Source: Felis catus
Taxonomy: Eukaryota
Length of the DNA stretch: 64,000 nt
Assembly (NCBI RefSeq): GCF_018350175.1
Contig: NC_058368.1
Location: 133,364,001 to 133,428,000 of the forward strand
Reading direction: 5' to 3'
The translations under genes were made by a program, and so were the position numbers. This document shows positions 24,351 to 38,385 of the stretch, in pieces; the stretch's first letter is position 1, and each line of letters opens with the position of its first letter. The notes under the pieces are model-generated. The model did no database searches, was not told the DNA's origin, and saw nothing but the letters and a program-made list of their open reading frames with translations.

Positions 24351-25640
24351 TTACCAAAGTCTTTTAAAATCTAGTAATTTGGTTGGTTTGCACTACCCTC
24401 CTGTAGCTGTAGCTCAGTGACCTTCTCGATGTTAAACAAGGGAGGAAAAGGATGGAACAGGTTTGAGGAGACTGTTGAAGAACAGTGGACCCTTAAGGGT
24501 CCCTGTTTGTTCTCTGTGTATCCAAGATCCTAGCACAGAGCCTTTGATGCCCTGCCAAGAATAAATGAATGATCGTTAATGAAAATGCCACTTAGCGGCG
24601 GGGTCCCTGTGCCTTTGCCATGAAGAGTTTGGATGAAGTGTCTCTGGAAGTTAAAGTCAGGGCTAGGATTTAAAGCTATGATCTTGGGTTTTAGGTCATC
24701 AGTTAATAGGCTGGGAGAGTTTCTACAAATGAAGGTTTTAAACCATAAACCGGTTTTTATTTTTTGGTTGGCTTTGGGAAACTGAACAATCACAGTTGCA
24801 GCAGTAAGCCATTATTGGCCACATGTTTAAAGTCATTATTTTAATTTCTGATGAAATATTGATAGCCAGCCTTAAAACATTAACAGTGATGCTGGGCTGT
24901 ACTCACTGGTGCTTAGGCAAAAGCTGCTGTCAGTGCATATGTGTTGTGGGAATTATGGCAATTGTATAAGTAGTGGCTGAGTGTTAGCTGAGAGTTTGGG
25001 AGGTCTGAACACTGTCTTGGCTTGTTACTGGGTAGATTATAGCTTCCAAGGTTTTCATGTATGGTGAAGTTAGATGTCCTTTTTAGCTCCAATTTTTTGT
25101 TTCCCTCTTACTACAGAAACATGACAATTTTACTGTTGTCATTAGCATGTAATTTGTTCTAAAAGTATTTTTTTTTCTTACAAACTTGGTAGGCAAATGT
25201 GTTTTCTGATCTGTGGATAGGCACATATTCTTGAAAGGAATTCTCACAAGGATGTTTGCCCGTAGATCCTTCCTTTCAGATTATGCTGATTTGAACATAC
25301 AGAAAAAAAAAAGTTTCATGTTCCTCTTTTATTCATCTTTTAAAGTTATTTGGTATGTTTCTGTCATTCATCAGAATAAATTGAGGGTACTACCTCTTAT
25401 CTCCCAGTCTTGCAGAGGAGTGTAACTCTGGATAACAAGGTCAGTTTTGTTATGTTTGGGCCATGTTTGGGCCACATGTCCCATCATAAGTTTATCATTC
25501 TGATGTCCTAGACCAGCAGTTTCTGATTTGATAAAATTCTTTGATTTGAAAAGTTTGTATGGTCTCTGCGTTACCTGGCCGCCAGGGCTCTCTCCTGCAC
25601 TGTTGTGGATCCTACCTGCCCAGCCTTTGGAGTAGACTAT

Positions 25641-25642
<2 letters not shown>

Positions 25643-25693
<51 letters not shown>
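25643..25693. repeat. (TTAC)n microsatellite
   Basis: About 12 perfect units. Confidence 0.96.
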
Positions 25694-27127
25694 TTTAAGA
25701 TGGTGGTATCTCTAGCCCAAGCTGTTAGCCTTAGCTGTCAGGCCTTTTTTCTAAGTTTGTTTGGAAGTCCATTGTTTGGAACTTGGAGTGTGAAGTCCCA
25801 TAGAGATGTAGTTTTAAAGGGTGATTGGGTTTCCAGCCTATAGAAGTATAATTAACCCCTAGAATGAATGGGATACTGGGGAGGGGCCTCTTTTCCCTAT
25901 GGTGTTGGGGGCCGTATAGCAGCTTCTGGAGGTGGATGCCTGTGGCACAAGTAATCATTGGTGTTAATTGTCAACATCTGCCCATGTGGCTGATCAGGGC
26001 CCTAGTGAGCCAGGGGAGCACTGTCAGCCTGTGCTCTGGGGCTCCTCCTGGAGGTGTGGCAGTGACCTTACTTTGTCTTAAGGACACTGTCATGGACGCC
26101 CAAGACTCCTTCACATACCGGGAGCAAATCATCTTAACTAGAAGCAAAATGTCCCCTGGCAGTTTTCAGTTCATTTCTAAGGCGGTAGACATGTGAAGGC
26201 CGAGAATATAAGGTAGAAGGTGGTTGCCTCAGAAAACCCATCAGAATACCTTTTAAAATAAGCCAAGTACTTTTAATAGAAATAAGGGAAATGGTCTTTT
26301 TTTAAAAATTCTGCTGTGCTTTTTCTTTTAGTTTAACACCCATCACAAGAATTACCTAGTTCCTGTAGATGAGGTTTTTAGTAATTGCACATATCCTCCT
26401 TCCACTGGGGAACTTGCACATAAATGTGTGATTTCCGGGGCCTCTTTCTTTTCTGAACCTGACTCTACGGTGTCTGGAAGGGTGGCTGCATCCCTGAAAG
26501 TAGAGGGTGTTTGTCTTCCTAGTGTCTAGAGCTGCTGGTTTTCTCTCTCCCGTGTGTCCGCCCTCCTCTCAGGAGAGGGTGACAGCTAGGTTCTGGAATT
26601 CGTGCAGCTGGTTCATGTCAAGAGATGGAGAAGGCCCCCAAAGAATCGCTCGCAGCTGAGTTCCACCAGTGGGATGGTTCCATCAGAGATAGTCGGTGGT
26701 AATTAAAGAGAAAGTGAAACACGGACTTTAACAAATGATAAATACAGGTTTACCAAGTGATAGGAATAAGCCCTGCTGAGAAATGTCAGGGGGTGCTCAC
26801 TTTATACTCTTGAAAATCCTGTGATCACGTGGGCACGGTCTTGAATTGTTCAGATACTATTACCTGCGGTTCTTAGGAATTTATTTTGACACTTAAGGAC
26901 GTCTAAGAATGTAAATTTAATTACTGCTGCTGTTCTGTCTGTGGGCTTGGATGTAAAGTGGCAGGTTATGTAACAAAATTATCATGAAATTAAAAAAAAA
27001 TCTTGAACAGACTAATTTGACTTTCAGGGGTGGGGCAGCTTTCCATTTGTGGGTAAAACAGCTGCTCATTTAGGATCTATTAGGAAACTAGGGCCTGTTG
27101 TGGTGGTTTGTGGAGGGAGGCTTCTTT

Positions 27128-27329
27128 TGTTTAATTAAAAAAATTTTAAAATGTCTTATTTATTTTTGAGAGTACAAGCAGGGGAGGGACAGAGAGAGTG
27201 AGACAGAGGATCTGAATCCGGGTCTGCACTGATAGCAGTGAGCCCGGCACAGGCTTGAATTAAAAAACCAGGAGATCATGACCTGAGCCCAAGCCAGACT
27301 TTGAACCGATTGAGCCACCCAGGTGCCGC
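27128..27329 (-). mobile_element. Can-SINE
   Basis: Antisense copy; TSD core gggaggctt. Confidence 0.9.
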
Positions 27330-30300
27330 AGGGGAGGCTTATTTTAATGTGAACTTGCAGGCTGGGGCTATATTTATTATTCAAGTATAGAAATGGTGCC
27401 TCTCTTGCTGTGGCCTATTGGCCAGAAGGGGAGGAAATACGGGGGGAGGGGGGCTGGATGAATGGATGGACATAGAATCTTGGAATGTCCAAATGTTGTC
27501 TTAGTATGTTTTGATAATAGGTGCTGGTGAAGATGCCCTTGGAGATGGGATGTAGGACTCCTGCCTGGTACCTTAGCTGCTGCTGCCAATTCTTGTGGTG
27601 GGGTTGAGCTGGTGTGCAAGGAGATATTTGTTGAAGCTGCTTCTTGCAAAGCTCTGTAGGAGTTGGCAGGTGGGAGGGAAGGAAAGGATACGCAAAAGAA
27701 ATGTAAAAAATCTGGTCCGTGCCCAAAGCAACACAGAGTCGATTTAGGAGACAGAGTAAGTGGAGTGAGTTGGTGTGAATGTGCAGTACACTATCGACAT
27801 GTGAAAATGTGGGTCAAAGTAAGTAATGTCAGTGAGGAGAGCGAAAAAGAACTACAGAATCACCCTGATGGGATTTACCCTAAAGGGTTTTCCTGGTGCC
27901 TTGAAGATGGAAATAAGAAGAGGGGAGGAGAAGGTTGTACCAGATAAAATAATTTGCCCAACAGATGTGTTCACTAAGAAGGAATAGGAACTGGTAGGTG
28001 GTTTTTCCCTCTCGTATGATTCATTCCTTGTGCCCGTGTCATGTAAAATTACTAGTAAAAAACACTACCAGGATGGTACTGTTTTCCTTAATACCAGTTT
28101 ATTTATAGCTTCATAACTTTCTAATCAAGATTATTTTTGTTTTAAAGATTTATCTTTCCCTAGATAATTAAGCAACGTTTGCGACTAATGCTGTTTTAGT
28201 CATTGTCTTAAGGAACTTGGTGTTTTTGTTGGTGAGGACAGAGTTCAGGGAGAAAGTAGGTTTGGTAAGAATTTACCAGATAAGCCCTTTTGGGTCCTGT
28301 CTCTTGAGGATACCACTTTATTTCCTTGCTTTGGGATATCTTTTGATTACTCTTTCCTTGAAATTTGCCAAGTGGAGAGCAATGATGTTTTTGGCTCAGC
28401 TGGAGTTTCAGACATTTCCTCAATCTTTTTTTTTTTTTTTCTTCCTCTTCAAAACGCCCTTGCAAAGCTTGAAGAAGCTCTCACCCTCTTGGTTTTTGGC
28501 AGGAATCATGGCCTGTGTGTGTGGGGCTCCTGACATAGCTGAGGATTTGTCCTGGCAACCCGTGATCCAGGAGCTTTTTGAAACTTGTGAGCTATGTGGG
28601 CTTGTTTCAGGGCCTCAGCACCCCTTGGTGAACTGGTTTTATGAGGTGGATCGTGTGATTTTATAAGGCAATTTCTGCAGGCTGGTCAGGGGAGCTAGTT
28701 GGAGGTGCGGAGGGAAGTGAATCTCCTGCGGATAAAACCTCTCTATAAAACTCAGGGGACTTGATGTCTCCTTCAGGATTCTGTAAGCATGGGAGGAAAT
28801 TGCTTCTCTAAAGAGTTAGTGATTCTGGTCTACTGGTGTGGGGACCATGTGTTACATGATGGCTGCTTCCGAAAGCCACACAAACTTAGAAAGCAAGGCA
28901 GCAGGGGGGACTGGAGAAAATGAGTGGACTTCAAGACTGGGGAAAGCTTATAGGAGGTGGTATTAAAATGTGCAAACCAAGATGGAATGATGAGGGCAGT
29001 TGTGCTTTTATAAGGAACATTAAGCTCCCAAATGAACCTTCTCTGAGCTCTGTTCTCTCTTTTCTGGCCCAGCATATCTTCCCCTCACTCTTCCCTCAGG
29101 AAAAATACCTAAGCAAGCAGTCTGCGAGGCCCTGGGTGTGTGGCCAGTTCCACTAGACCTTCAAAGATTCTCTGTCACGGTCATTTTTAGCATAACCACA
29201 GTGTGTGCTCTGGATTTGTGAAATTTGCAATTACAGCTATGCTATTAATTTTAACTCCGAGAAGCATTCACTCTCCTTGCACAGTGCTTGCAGACAGCTG
29301 GTCAGTGCATGAAATGATAGAGCCAAAGCTCTTCCTCTAAGGTGGAGTTGTCTGGCCTGAAAAATCAAGGAGTTTATTGGCCCTTACTGAAATGATAATT
29401 TGGGATCACTGGAAGTCTTTGGCTCTTGAGGAGGGTGATGATAGATCCCCATCTTTGTTTTCTAAGGTTAATCTGTCTTACTAGAGGTTATCTGTGTTGC
29501 AGAACAGAAACCCATTCAGGGAGCCCTGGTCTGTCCATTCTTTGAGAAGGTCCTCCTGTTTTTTTGAGCTGGCCGATTTCTTGTGGACCAAAAAGGTGTG
29601 GTACTTTGCACACCTCCCACCATGAAGGTGCTTCTTGGACAGTGTTTTGCGGAGAACGGAAACCTCATTGTCCACCCTCTGGGAGAGGTCTGCTGACCCC
29701 TCCAGGTTCGAAGTGGTGGGGTGCTTCTCCTGGGGAATCTGTGTCTGTAGCATCTTCTGCTTTGTTTGTGGGGGGCACCTGTTGCAAATTAATCTTCAAG
29801 TGATTAAAACTGTCTTGCTGTGCTTTTTCTCTCCTCTAGTATTTGAAGCAGGAACTGAGGCAGTAGTGATTTCTTGCCTTGCATGTCCTTGCCTGGGAGA
29901 AAACTGAAGCAGTTTGAAGTAGAGATGCTTCTCAGTCTCTCTATAAAAAGTTTTAATTTACAGAACAGAGAGTGTTGACATGCCTCTTGGGATAGAGGGT
30001 GCATTCCATTGGAGAGAAGGGAGAGAGAAAACAGGCTTTCTTGGAGGGGAAGGGAGCAAGGCTGGTATCCTTGATCGTCTTGTTGGCAGCATGAGGCCAG
30101 GGAGATGGTCACTGGCCACCGGGTGGGCCTGGGGAGGCTGGATTTTTAGACAGCGGGTTTCCTGCCTTGACAAGGATTCTGGGTGCTACCTGAGGGGCAT
30201 GGAATCATGAGTGTGTTGGATTTCAGGGCCCTCAGGGTCTGGTTGGCAATGAGGATGCAGTAGCAAGCATGATAGGCTTTGCTTTGTGTGACATGACTTG

Positions 30301-31943
30301 GAGGGACCAGTTTTTCACCAGAGGCCCTGGACTCAATTAATTTGATTTCAAGAAAATACTTTTTTTTTGTTGTTGTTGTTATGTCTGACTTCATGAGTCA
30401 AGGTTTTATACCTGCTCTACTCATCAGCAAAACATTGGTTCCTGTACGTGTTGTAGCCCCATAAACTTAAAATTTTGGTTCTGCCATTTGTACGATTTTA
30501 CTAAATATCCCAGTCTTATAGTCCAGACCAATAAGGCACCTAACGCTTCCTGTCTTTTTGCTCAAAGGTCTTGTGCTTCCTTCCAGCCCTCCCCTTTGCT
30601 CACCCCCAGCAAGTCGGTGGCTTATGGCGTGGGGTATCATCCACACTGAGCGTGCACTGAGCGTGTTGCATTACAGTGTCTTCCTTCGCCAGACCGGGAG
30701 CTGCGTGAGAGCAGAGACCCTGTCTTGTTCATCTACGTACTCACAGCCGCTGCATTCCAATATGTAGTAAATCTTTGAGTCAGTAGGTGTGTGGGAGAAG
30801 TTGACTCTGCAGCTCAGGAGAAGTGGAAGCTCTGTGACCAGTGGCAGCAGTGAAAGACTGAATTTCAAGCTAGAGCCTCCTCAGCTTGCCTTGACGATCA
30901 TGGGTGGTGTAGTGTGTCCGTCTCTCATTTATTCTCTGTCCCCATGTCGAGGTGAACAATTGAATTCAAAGAAGAGAGGACTTAAAAACAGGATTTTTTT
31001 GTTTTTAAATTTTAAATATTGTATGTTCAAGTTTTATGTCAGAATTCGTTTCTAGAAGTCTGGCCCTGCTGGCCGGCCAGTTGTCACTAATGAGGCAGAA
31101 CTGCCTGGAATAAGACCAGTTCAGCCTGGCTGAAAATCTGAGTCCATTGCCTCCGGGCTCCCGGTTTTCTCCCCTGAGAGTACTGGTCCAGGAGAGGGTG
31201 AAGACCAAGGCTTCCTTGGACGTGAACCACTTCATTTCTGGATTGACCAGTTTTGTGAAGCTCGGGGAAAGACAGGGTCTTGCTTTCTCAAGCTCCCAAG
31301 ATGAGTGGCTGGCAAGGGCTTCAGTGTATTTGGGTGGGGGTGCTGTGTCTCCGTCTTCTGAATGGGCAAACGTTTAAAAATGTTTGTGGAAGCAAATTCT
31401 GGAAAGAAGACCAAGACTTGATTGTGTAAATAGTTGGTAAATACTGCTCCTTTCTTTCCTTCTACTAATTAATTTCCCTGACAGCTTTCCTGGCAGCTCT
31501 TATCCACAATTGGTTGCTGAATTGCAATGCTCAATTATCTGTGTAATAACATGCTATAAAAACATATAAAGCCAGGAAAAAATGGCTTCCACCAAAGAGG
31601 CTGAGCCTTGAAAATAGACACCTTGCACATTCACATCTGGACTGAAAAGACAACATCAAATCTGTCGTTAATGATTTAATTGAATTTCTTCTTCCTAAAG
31701 ATAAAAGAAAACTTTAAATTTGAGTGTGAGATACTTAAGTTACCTAGAGATAAAACCAGAATCAGCTCATTAAAATATGGGGTTTTCCGATGCTGTTCTG
31801 TGTATTCTATGACAATCTTGAATGTTGAGAATGTATTTCAGTCTAGTACTTATTGAAGGCCTACTAGGTGCTGGGCACTGTGCTGGTGCTTTGCATACAT
31901 TACATTTTTAATTTTTTGGAATTAAATATTTTTTAAGTAGAGA

Positions 31944-32170
31944 GGGACGCCTAGGTGGCTCAGTCAGTTAAGCGTCCAACTCCTGCTCAGGTCGTGATCT
32001 CATCATCCATGAATTCAAGCCCTGCATTGGGTTCTGTGCTGACAGCTCAGAACATGGAGCCTGCTTTGGATTCTCTGTCTCTCTCTCTCTGTCTGTTCCT
32101 ACCCCACTTGTGCTCTGTCTCTCTCTGAAAAATAAACATTAAACAAATAAAACAAATGAAAAAATAAAAC
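31944..32170 (+). mobile_element. Can-SINE nested in an antisense MIR (~31845-32260)
   Basis: gggacgcctaggtggctcagtcagttaagc head; flanks tacttattgaaggcctact...gggcactgtgct and aaactgaag. Confidence 0.9.
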
Positions 32171-32820
32171 ACTGAAGCAAACTTATAAAGGGAGAAAGAC
32201 CATGCTTGAAAAGTCTGGGAGCACAATAAGCAAACAGCAGTTGTGGTTGAATAGGGAAGTTGGTGCTATGGCCATATTTGTGGTCTCAACTTGGAGCACA
32301 TCTGATTCCCCTGTGGAGCTTTCAGATGACAGGGTTCAACTAGGAGATGCTGATTCTGTGTGCTTGTGTCTGTTCAAGGCTGCCAGGTGGTTCTGTGAGT
32401 GGCCAGGGGTGTAGGGGCATTGGCTTTGTCCCTTTTGGCTTGTGGAGAAAGATGTGGAGACATTTCCTGAGAGCCTCTTATGAACACGAGCTGTGCTGGA
32501 TGGCTTGCATGTATCATCCTTTTCGTCCTCACTGGAAGTCCACAAGGTTTAGTCGCCTCATTTTACAGCGGAGGAAACAGGCGTTACAGAGAGCTCACTG
32601 TTGGAGCCTGGTCTTGTAGTTAGTGACTGGTACAATTTTTACTCCTCTGTTGCCATTCAAGTGTCTAACTTGTGGTATTTGGATTTTTACTGACCTTCAG
32701 CTTTGACCCAAGGGCTTTGCATAGAGGACACTGACCATTGTCTTTGGAATAACCCCGGATTTGGCATATTTGACTCTCTTTACATTGTTCATGCATATTT
32801 TGTACCCTGAGGGTTCCAGG

Positions 32821-32823
<3 letters not shown>

Positions 32824-32862
<39 letters not shown>
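32824..32862. repeat. (TG)n microsatellite
   Basis: About 19 units. Confidence 0.97.
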
Positions 32863-32864
<2 letters not shown>

Positions 32865-33366
32865 CAATATGAATGTCTATTTACAGAAATGAAGACTCCA
32901 ATTAGCTGGATGTGAGTTTGGATATTTACCCTGATGATTGTTGAGTGGATCTTCAAATAGCAAGGCAGCTATTAACATGTGTAATTCCCATTAGAATGAT
33001 TGTGCTTTTCATTTTGTTTAGTAGTGTGAGAATTGCTAGTGAACATTTAACAAAAAGAGAAAGATTTTTTTACTTAATTTTGTTGAACTGATGACTATTT
33101 TGGACTATGAGGAGAGAGGAAATACAGAAGGAAGCATACCTGTCTGCCTTTGTAGGACATCGGTGTCTTTGTATGGTGTCCTAAGTTAGGGAAGCTTTTA
33201 TGAAAGCACATTCCCTTCATGACAGTGCTCTGAGTGCCAGCCTTTCCCCCCAAGGCAGGCCTGTGACTCATGTGAAGGGTGATAGAGGTAATGAAAATAG
33301 TGGCAAGAAATGCAGAGAGGTAGAGAGTAACACTTGTCTAGTATATTTTTGTAGTCATTTGTTAGT

Positions 33367-33550
33367 TTTTTTTTTTTTTTAGTTATTTATTTTGGGGGAG
33401 ACGCAGTGAGAGCACGATCAGGGGAGGGGCAGAGAGAGAGAATCCCAATGCAGAGCCTGACTTGGGGCTCGAACACATGAACCATGATTTCACAACCTCA
33501 GCCAAAATCCAGAGTTGCACGCTTAACCGACTGAGTCACCCATGCGCCCC
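33367..33550 (-). mobile_element. Can-SINE with internal deletion
   Basis: Poly-T tail, ...gcttaaccgactgagtcacccatgcgcccc head. Confidence 0.88.
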
Positions 33551-34024
33551 AGTGTTGTGATCCTCTAACAGAAGTATGACCGTTAGGTGAGAGTAACTTT
33601 TATAGGAATAACAATAGTAGTTGGTGTTATACTTGGGAATTAATGGGGTTCCTGCTTCTGAACCTAGAGCCCCTCATTGTGACAGGGGCTCACTGGATTC
33701 TGAATTCGGGCCATGCCACCTGTGCAGCTGGGACTTGGTGAGCAGGGCCCCAGGGTGTATGTATTTCACTTCCTCAGAGCTGTCATGTCTTATCAACCTT
33801 TCGTTAGCAATATTTTTCCTCCCTGAAAACTCATAAAAATTCATGCTGTAATATCAATGCCTGCAGGATCCTGTAGAATTTCGTTGAGCTGCTTACACCC
33901 TTTTCTCGTAATAGATAATGTTGCTGTGTTCATATACAGGGATACAGATGTGTGCTTGTGAATCCATACAGGAGGCTCATGTATATGCCCGAGAATGTTT
34001 TCTGAGGGAAATAAACTCATTCCT

Positions 34025-34048
34025 CCCCCCCCCCCCCCCCCCCCCCCG
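34025..34048. repeat. Poly-C tract
   Basis: C24 homopolymer. Confidence 0.9.
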
Positions 34049-35989
34049 GTTCAATGTGTCCAAGACAATTGTATGCATATTCTCAAAACATTGGATTCTG
34101 GTGAATATTTTAACTTTCATTAACCTTATGTATATTTTACCCGATAACTTTCAGCATATCTGTTTATTACCGTAATGATGCTTTGCTTACTTGTGTATCT
34201 GGAGAGAAATAAAATGAGTGTACTTAATTTTTTTAATGATAAATTTCTTTATCAAGGTCACCTTTTATGTTAGAAAAGATTTGTAAACTCTTACCAACAC
34301 TGTGTACATTCTTGTGCCCTTAAATTAAAAAAAAAAAAAAGTGTGTTGTTAGCCTAACATATTATACCAGAATTTTAGTATTTTAAATATAGGTCATAAA
34401 TTGCAGGAAACATTTAGATGATTACTGTTTTCTCCGTTTGATAGAATGAGGAGAGGGACAGTATTTAAAAAATAAATGTTACCCTGTAATTTAACTCACC
34501 GTTACTGAAATAGTTTGTAGGGAGAATCATATGCCATTATGCTTAACTGTGTAATATGAAACCTTGATGAGTATCCAGTGGGTAGCTTGTCCTTTTTAAC
34601 GATAAAATCACTTTTATTTTCAAGTGATTATATCCTGTGGGTGTGTATATTTGTGAATGGGGAAAATATGTGCAACTCAACAGTGCTAATTTTCTTCCAC
34701 CCTAAAACCATATGGTAATAGGCCTGTAAGTACATCTTAAAAGCTTAGTAAAATTTTGAATAAAGTTACATTAGCCTTAACCTTTATTATGGATAAAGAA
34801 GTTATACTGTGAAATGAGAATGGGGCAGATCAGTGTGTAATACTTGGTGTTCTAGCAGGCAGCCCTCACTGATGACCTTTAGAAAAAACAAAATCCTATG
34901 TAGTGCTTCTGGTAATAGAGAAGGACTTAGCTCTGTGGCTAGTAATTTCATTTAGGACACATTAATGATGCATAAAATGTGACTTAACATTTCTATGAAC
35001 TTTATGACAAAATATTGTTAGTACTTTTTTCTTGAATCTTTTCTTGATGCCTCTTTGTCCATTCTTTTTTCCTACCTCATATGAGGCCAGTTCTGTTTTT
35101 ATGGGTCCCATTTCCTTCCCCCCTCCCCCCTCCCCCAGGACTCAACACAAGTGATAACTCATTTTGTTAGAATGGTAGCGATCTCAGAAGTGGAGGATTA
35201 TGACTCCACTTGGGGCTTAATCAGCCTGAGCAGGTGCATTCTAAGGAAGAGAGATACTGTTTTTAATGCAAATGTCCCCCCTTATTCAGAGGAAGGGAGA
35301 CATGGATAGGAATTGACACAGCAGTTAAGTTGGAATTGTTTCTAAATAGATTGTTTTTTTTTTTTCCCTGAATTCTCTGGACACCAGCAGCAGTTTTGTT
35401 AATAAATGGAAGTGAAATATAAAGGAAGAGAAGTTGAAGGTGACTGTCTTAATTTTTTGCTCTAAGGGATCACAAAAACTTAAGAAAAATGAAGTCAGAG
35501 GCTTACATAAATACAAGAATCCTAAGTGGCATAGCATTCATTTTAGAATGGAATTGGATTTGGGATCCTAGATAAGAGGGGATGGTTATATTAAACTGCC
35601 CAAAGCCTTTCTGGAAGGCAGCTTAACTTAAAGGGTCTGAGCCTTCACCGTGAGGGTCCAGAATTTTTCCTCTTCTTCCTTTGTCTTGAAGTGTGCTACT
35701 GTAGGAGAAGGCAGACAATTTTTTGAATAGTGTGGAGGAACTGTAGTAGGCAGAATAATCTATGGCTCTCTGTTAGGCAAATACATTAACTTTGGATTTT
35801 AGACCATGTTTTTGACTGAAATGGCATTAGCCATGTTCTCGTTATTAGGAAGTGGTTACATGAGTGTTTAGAATTATTTATTGCCCTCTATTTTTATGTC
35901 ACTGATTTTTTTTCTGTGCATTTCAAAATAAAAATTATTCAAAGAGAAGTCACCAATGTGTCCTTCCAAACTTAACTATATCCATATAT

Positions 35990-37170
35990 TACTCATTAAT
36001 TCCTTCCTCCATCTGCTCCAGAAGTTGTTATTGAGCCCTTACTATGCCCTAGGCCCTGGTAGTGGTACTGGGAATACAGTAATAAATAAGTAAAAGTCCA
36101 TGACCTCTTGCATAGAAGGGAGACCAACAAAACATTAAACAGGTGTTAGAGGGGACATCTGCAAACTTGATCTGTAAGGCTCCAGATAGTAAATATTCTA
36201 GGTTTTGTGGGCCAGGTGGCTTCTGTCACAACTACTTGACTCTGGCTTTGTAGTGTGAAAGCTACCATAGGTTATGTGTATGGGCATGGCTGTGTTCTAG
36301 CAAAATGCTATTTACAGAATGAGGTGGTGGGCTAGATTTGGTCCACAGTCCCTAACTTGCAGACCCTTGTTAGAATGTAAGATGCCTTGAGAAAGAAAAT
36401 GAAAGGGAATCTGGGGTATTGAGTGGGGGCAAGGAGTGTTGGCGCTTTCGAGGGGTGGTCAGAGAAGGCCTGGCTGAGAAGGTTACTTAAGAATAAGATG
36501 GTGTGCTCAGGCAGGTGTGTATCATGACTGTGTATCAGTCATGTCTATCTGTATCATGTGTGTGTATGTGCGGAGGATGATCTATACAGAGGGAACAGCC
36601 GGTATAAAGGCTCTGAGGTAGCAACATACTTGGAGAATTAAAGGGATGGTGAGAAGGCCAGGGTGTCTGTAGCTGAGTGAGTGAGTGAATGATAGAATGG
36701 GAGATGAGATGAGATCAGACGCAAAGGTGGGGGCTGAGGGACAGGGCCACAGTGTGATACCTCATCGGGCCTTTACAATTAAAAAACTTCTTTTTGTATT
36801 TGTCACTTGGGTAGTTATTGGAGCGTTTTGAGTAGAAGAGTGAGTTATGCATTTTAATTTTAGCAGGATCACTGGCTTCAGGGTAGGCAGTAGACTGTTG
36901 GGGAGCTTGGGTGGAAACCTGGCAGACCAGTTAAGAAGGTTATCAAGGTAATCCAGGTGGGAGAAGGTGGTGCTTGGACTAGGCTCCTGGTGCTGCAGGT
37001 GGTGAGAAGCAGGCAGGTCTTGGAAGTCCATTGACCCATAGACCAACAGCATTTGCTCATAGACTGGAAAAGACATACAAGAACTGGAGGAGTTGAAGAC
37101 CCCACGGTTTTTGGCCAGGTAAACTGGAAGGGGGGGGGTATCATTTACCGAGTGGGAAAGATGGCAGAAG
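35990..37170 (-). mobile_element. LINE-2 fragment interrupted by MER58A
   Basis: ttattgagcccttactatgccctaggccctg 3' end; ttttagcaggatcactggct, gaccagttaagaaggttat motifs. Confidence 0.8.
36149..36369. mobile_element. MER58A (hAT-Charlie MITE)
   Basis: ccagatagtaaatattctaggttttgtgggcca...tctgtcacaactact...gggcatggctgtgttc...gatttggtcc matches recalled MER58A; tgttaga repeated at both flanks. Confidence 0.85.
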
Positions 37171-37944
37171 GACAACCAGCTGGACAGCCAGCCTGTACAG
37201 CCTACATTCTACCTGCATAGAGTCCCTGGCCCGATGTAGCACATAGCCTGAGATTCAGGGCTAAGCATACTTAGGTTCGCATGTGCCTTGGGGGCCACCA
37301 CTGTCCATTTAATAAGGATGCATTATGTGGCTGTCCATGCTAGGGTTTGCTCACAGCCTCCTGTTTGTTGAATTTGTGCTTGATGTTACTGTGGGCTCCT
37401 GAGAGTCCTCGGCTTCTAAGGGGCAGGTGAGGATTCCACATACAAATTCTTTGAACTTTTTTTGATTCATAAAGTTGGTAGAAGAAATGGTGATATCCAG
37501 TGGATCATGATGCAAGCCCTCATATACGGGGAGGTATGTGGACTGATGTTTGGTGTCTGTTATCTTTGTGGATTTTGTAAAAGAGTCATGGATTCCACAT
37601 AATATTGATGGTTCTCACTGTGCTGCTTGGACAGAGTGCAACACCCTCCTGCTCCACTGTTAGTGTGCATATAAATAACATGTAAAATTCGGTGCCAAGA
37701 AGCAATTGAGGACAGTCATGCCTGCTTAGAATGTTCTGTAAATTGTCTGCTGAAACATCTGCGGATTGTTTCATGAGTGCATTGCCAAATTTATAACAGT
37801 TAAAGGGCAATAATGATCTGAAGACTGTAAGTGGTGGTTCTTGTTCCTAATAAGGCAGATGCTTTGGCGTTCATCTTATTAGGGAATTATGCCATCAATA
37901 TTTAAAATGCTCTGCTGTATATCATAGAAGGTATTATGTCCTTT

Positions 37945-38385
37945 CAAGGGGTGGGGTTGAGATTTCTAGTAGACATAGAAGTGCTGATGTCAAGAAGGTT
38001 GTCAGATAATTGCTTCTGGAGGTGAGGGAAGATATCAGGTAGGGAAATACATTTGGGAAGTCATTCATGATCCATAAGGTTTTGGAACCAGTAGGATTCC
38101 TCAGGGAGTTAGCATAGGTAGAAGAGAACCAAATCCTGGGGTACTTTTGGAGCTTATCGGTTAAGAAGATGAATTGAGTAGTAAAGGAGATGAAAATGAA
38201 TTGCCAAAGACGAGATTGAGGAAGAAAACCAGTGTTGTCCTGGAAACCAAGACAAGATAGTGTCTTGAGGAGGAGGAAGTCTTCAGCCACATCCAGTGAT
38301 GCTGGATTGGGGAAGGTGAGAGAGTGTCTTCACCGGCATGGAAGTCCTTGATAACCTGCATTAGAGTAGGGTGGATAGAGTGGTA
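37945..38385 (-). mobile_element. LINE-2 fragment
   Basis: gaggaagaaaaccagtgttgtcctggaaaccaag...tcttgaggaggagg motifs. Confidence 0.7.
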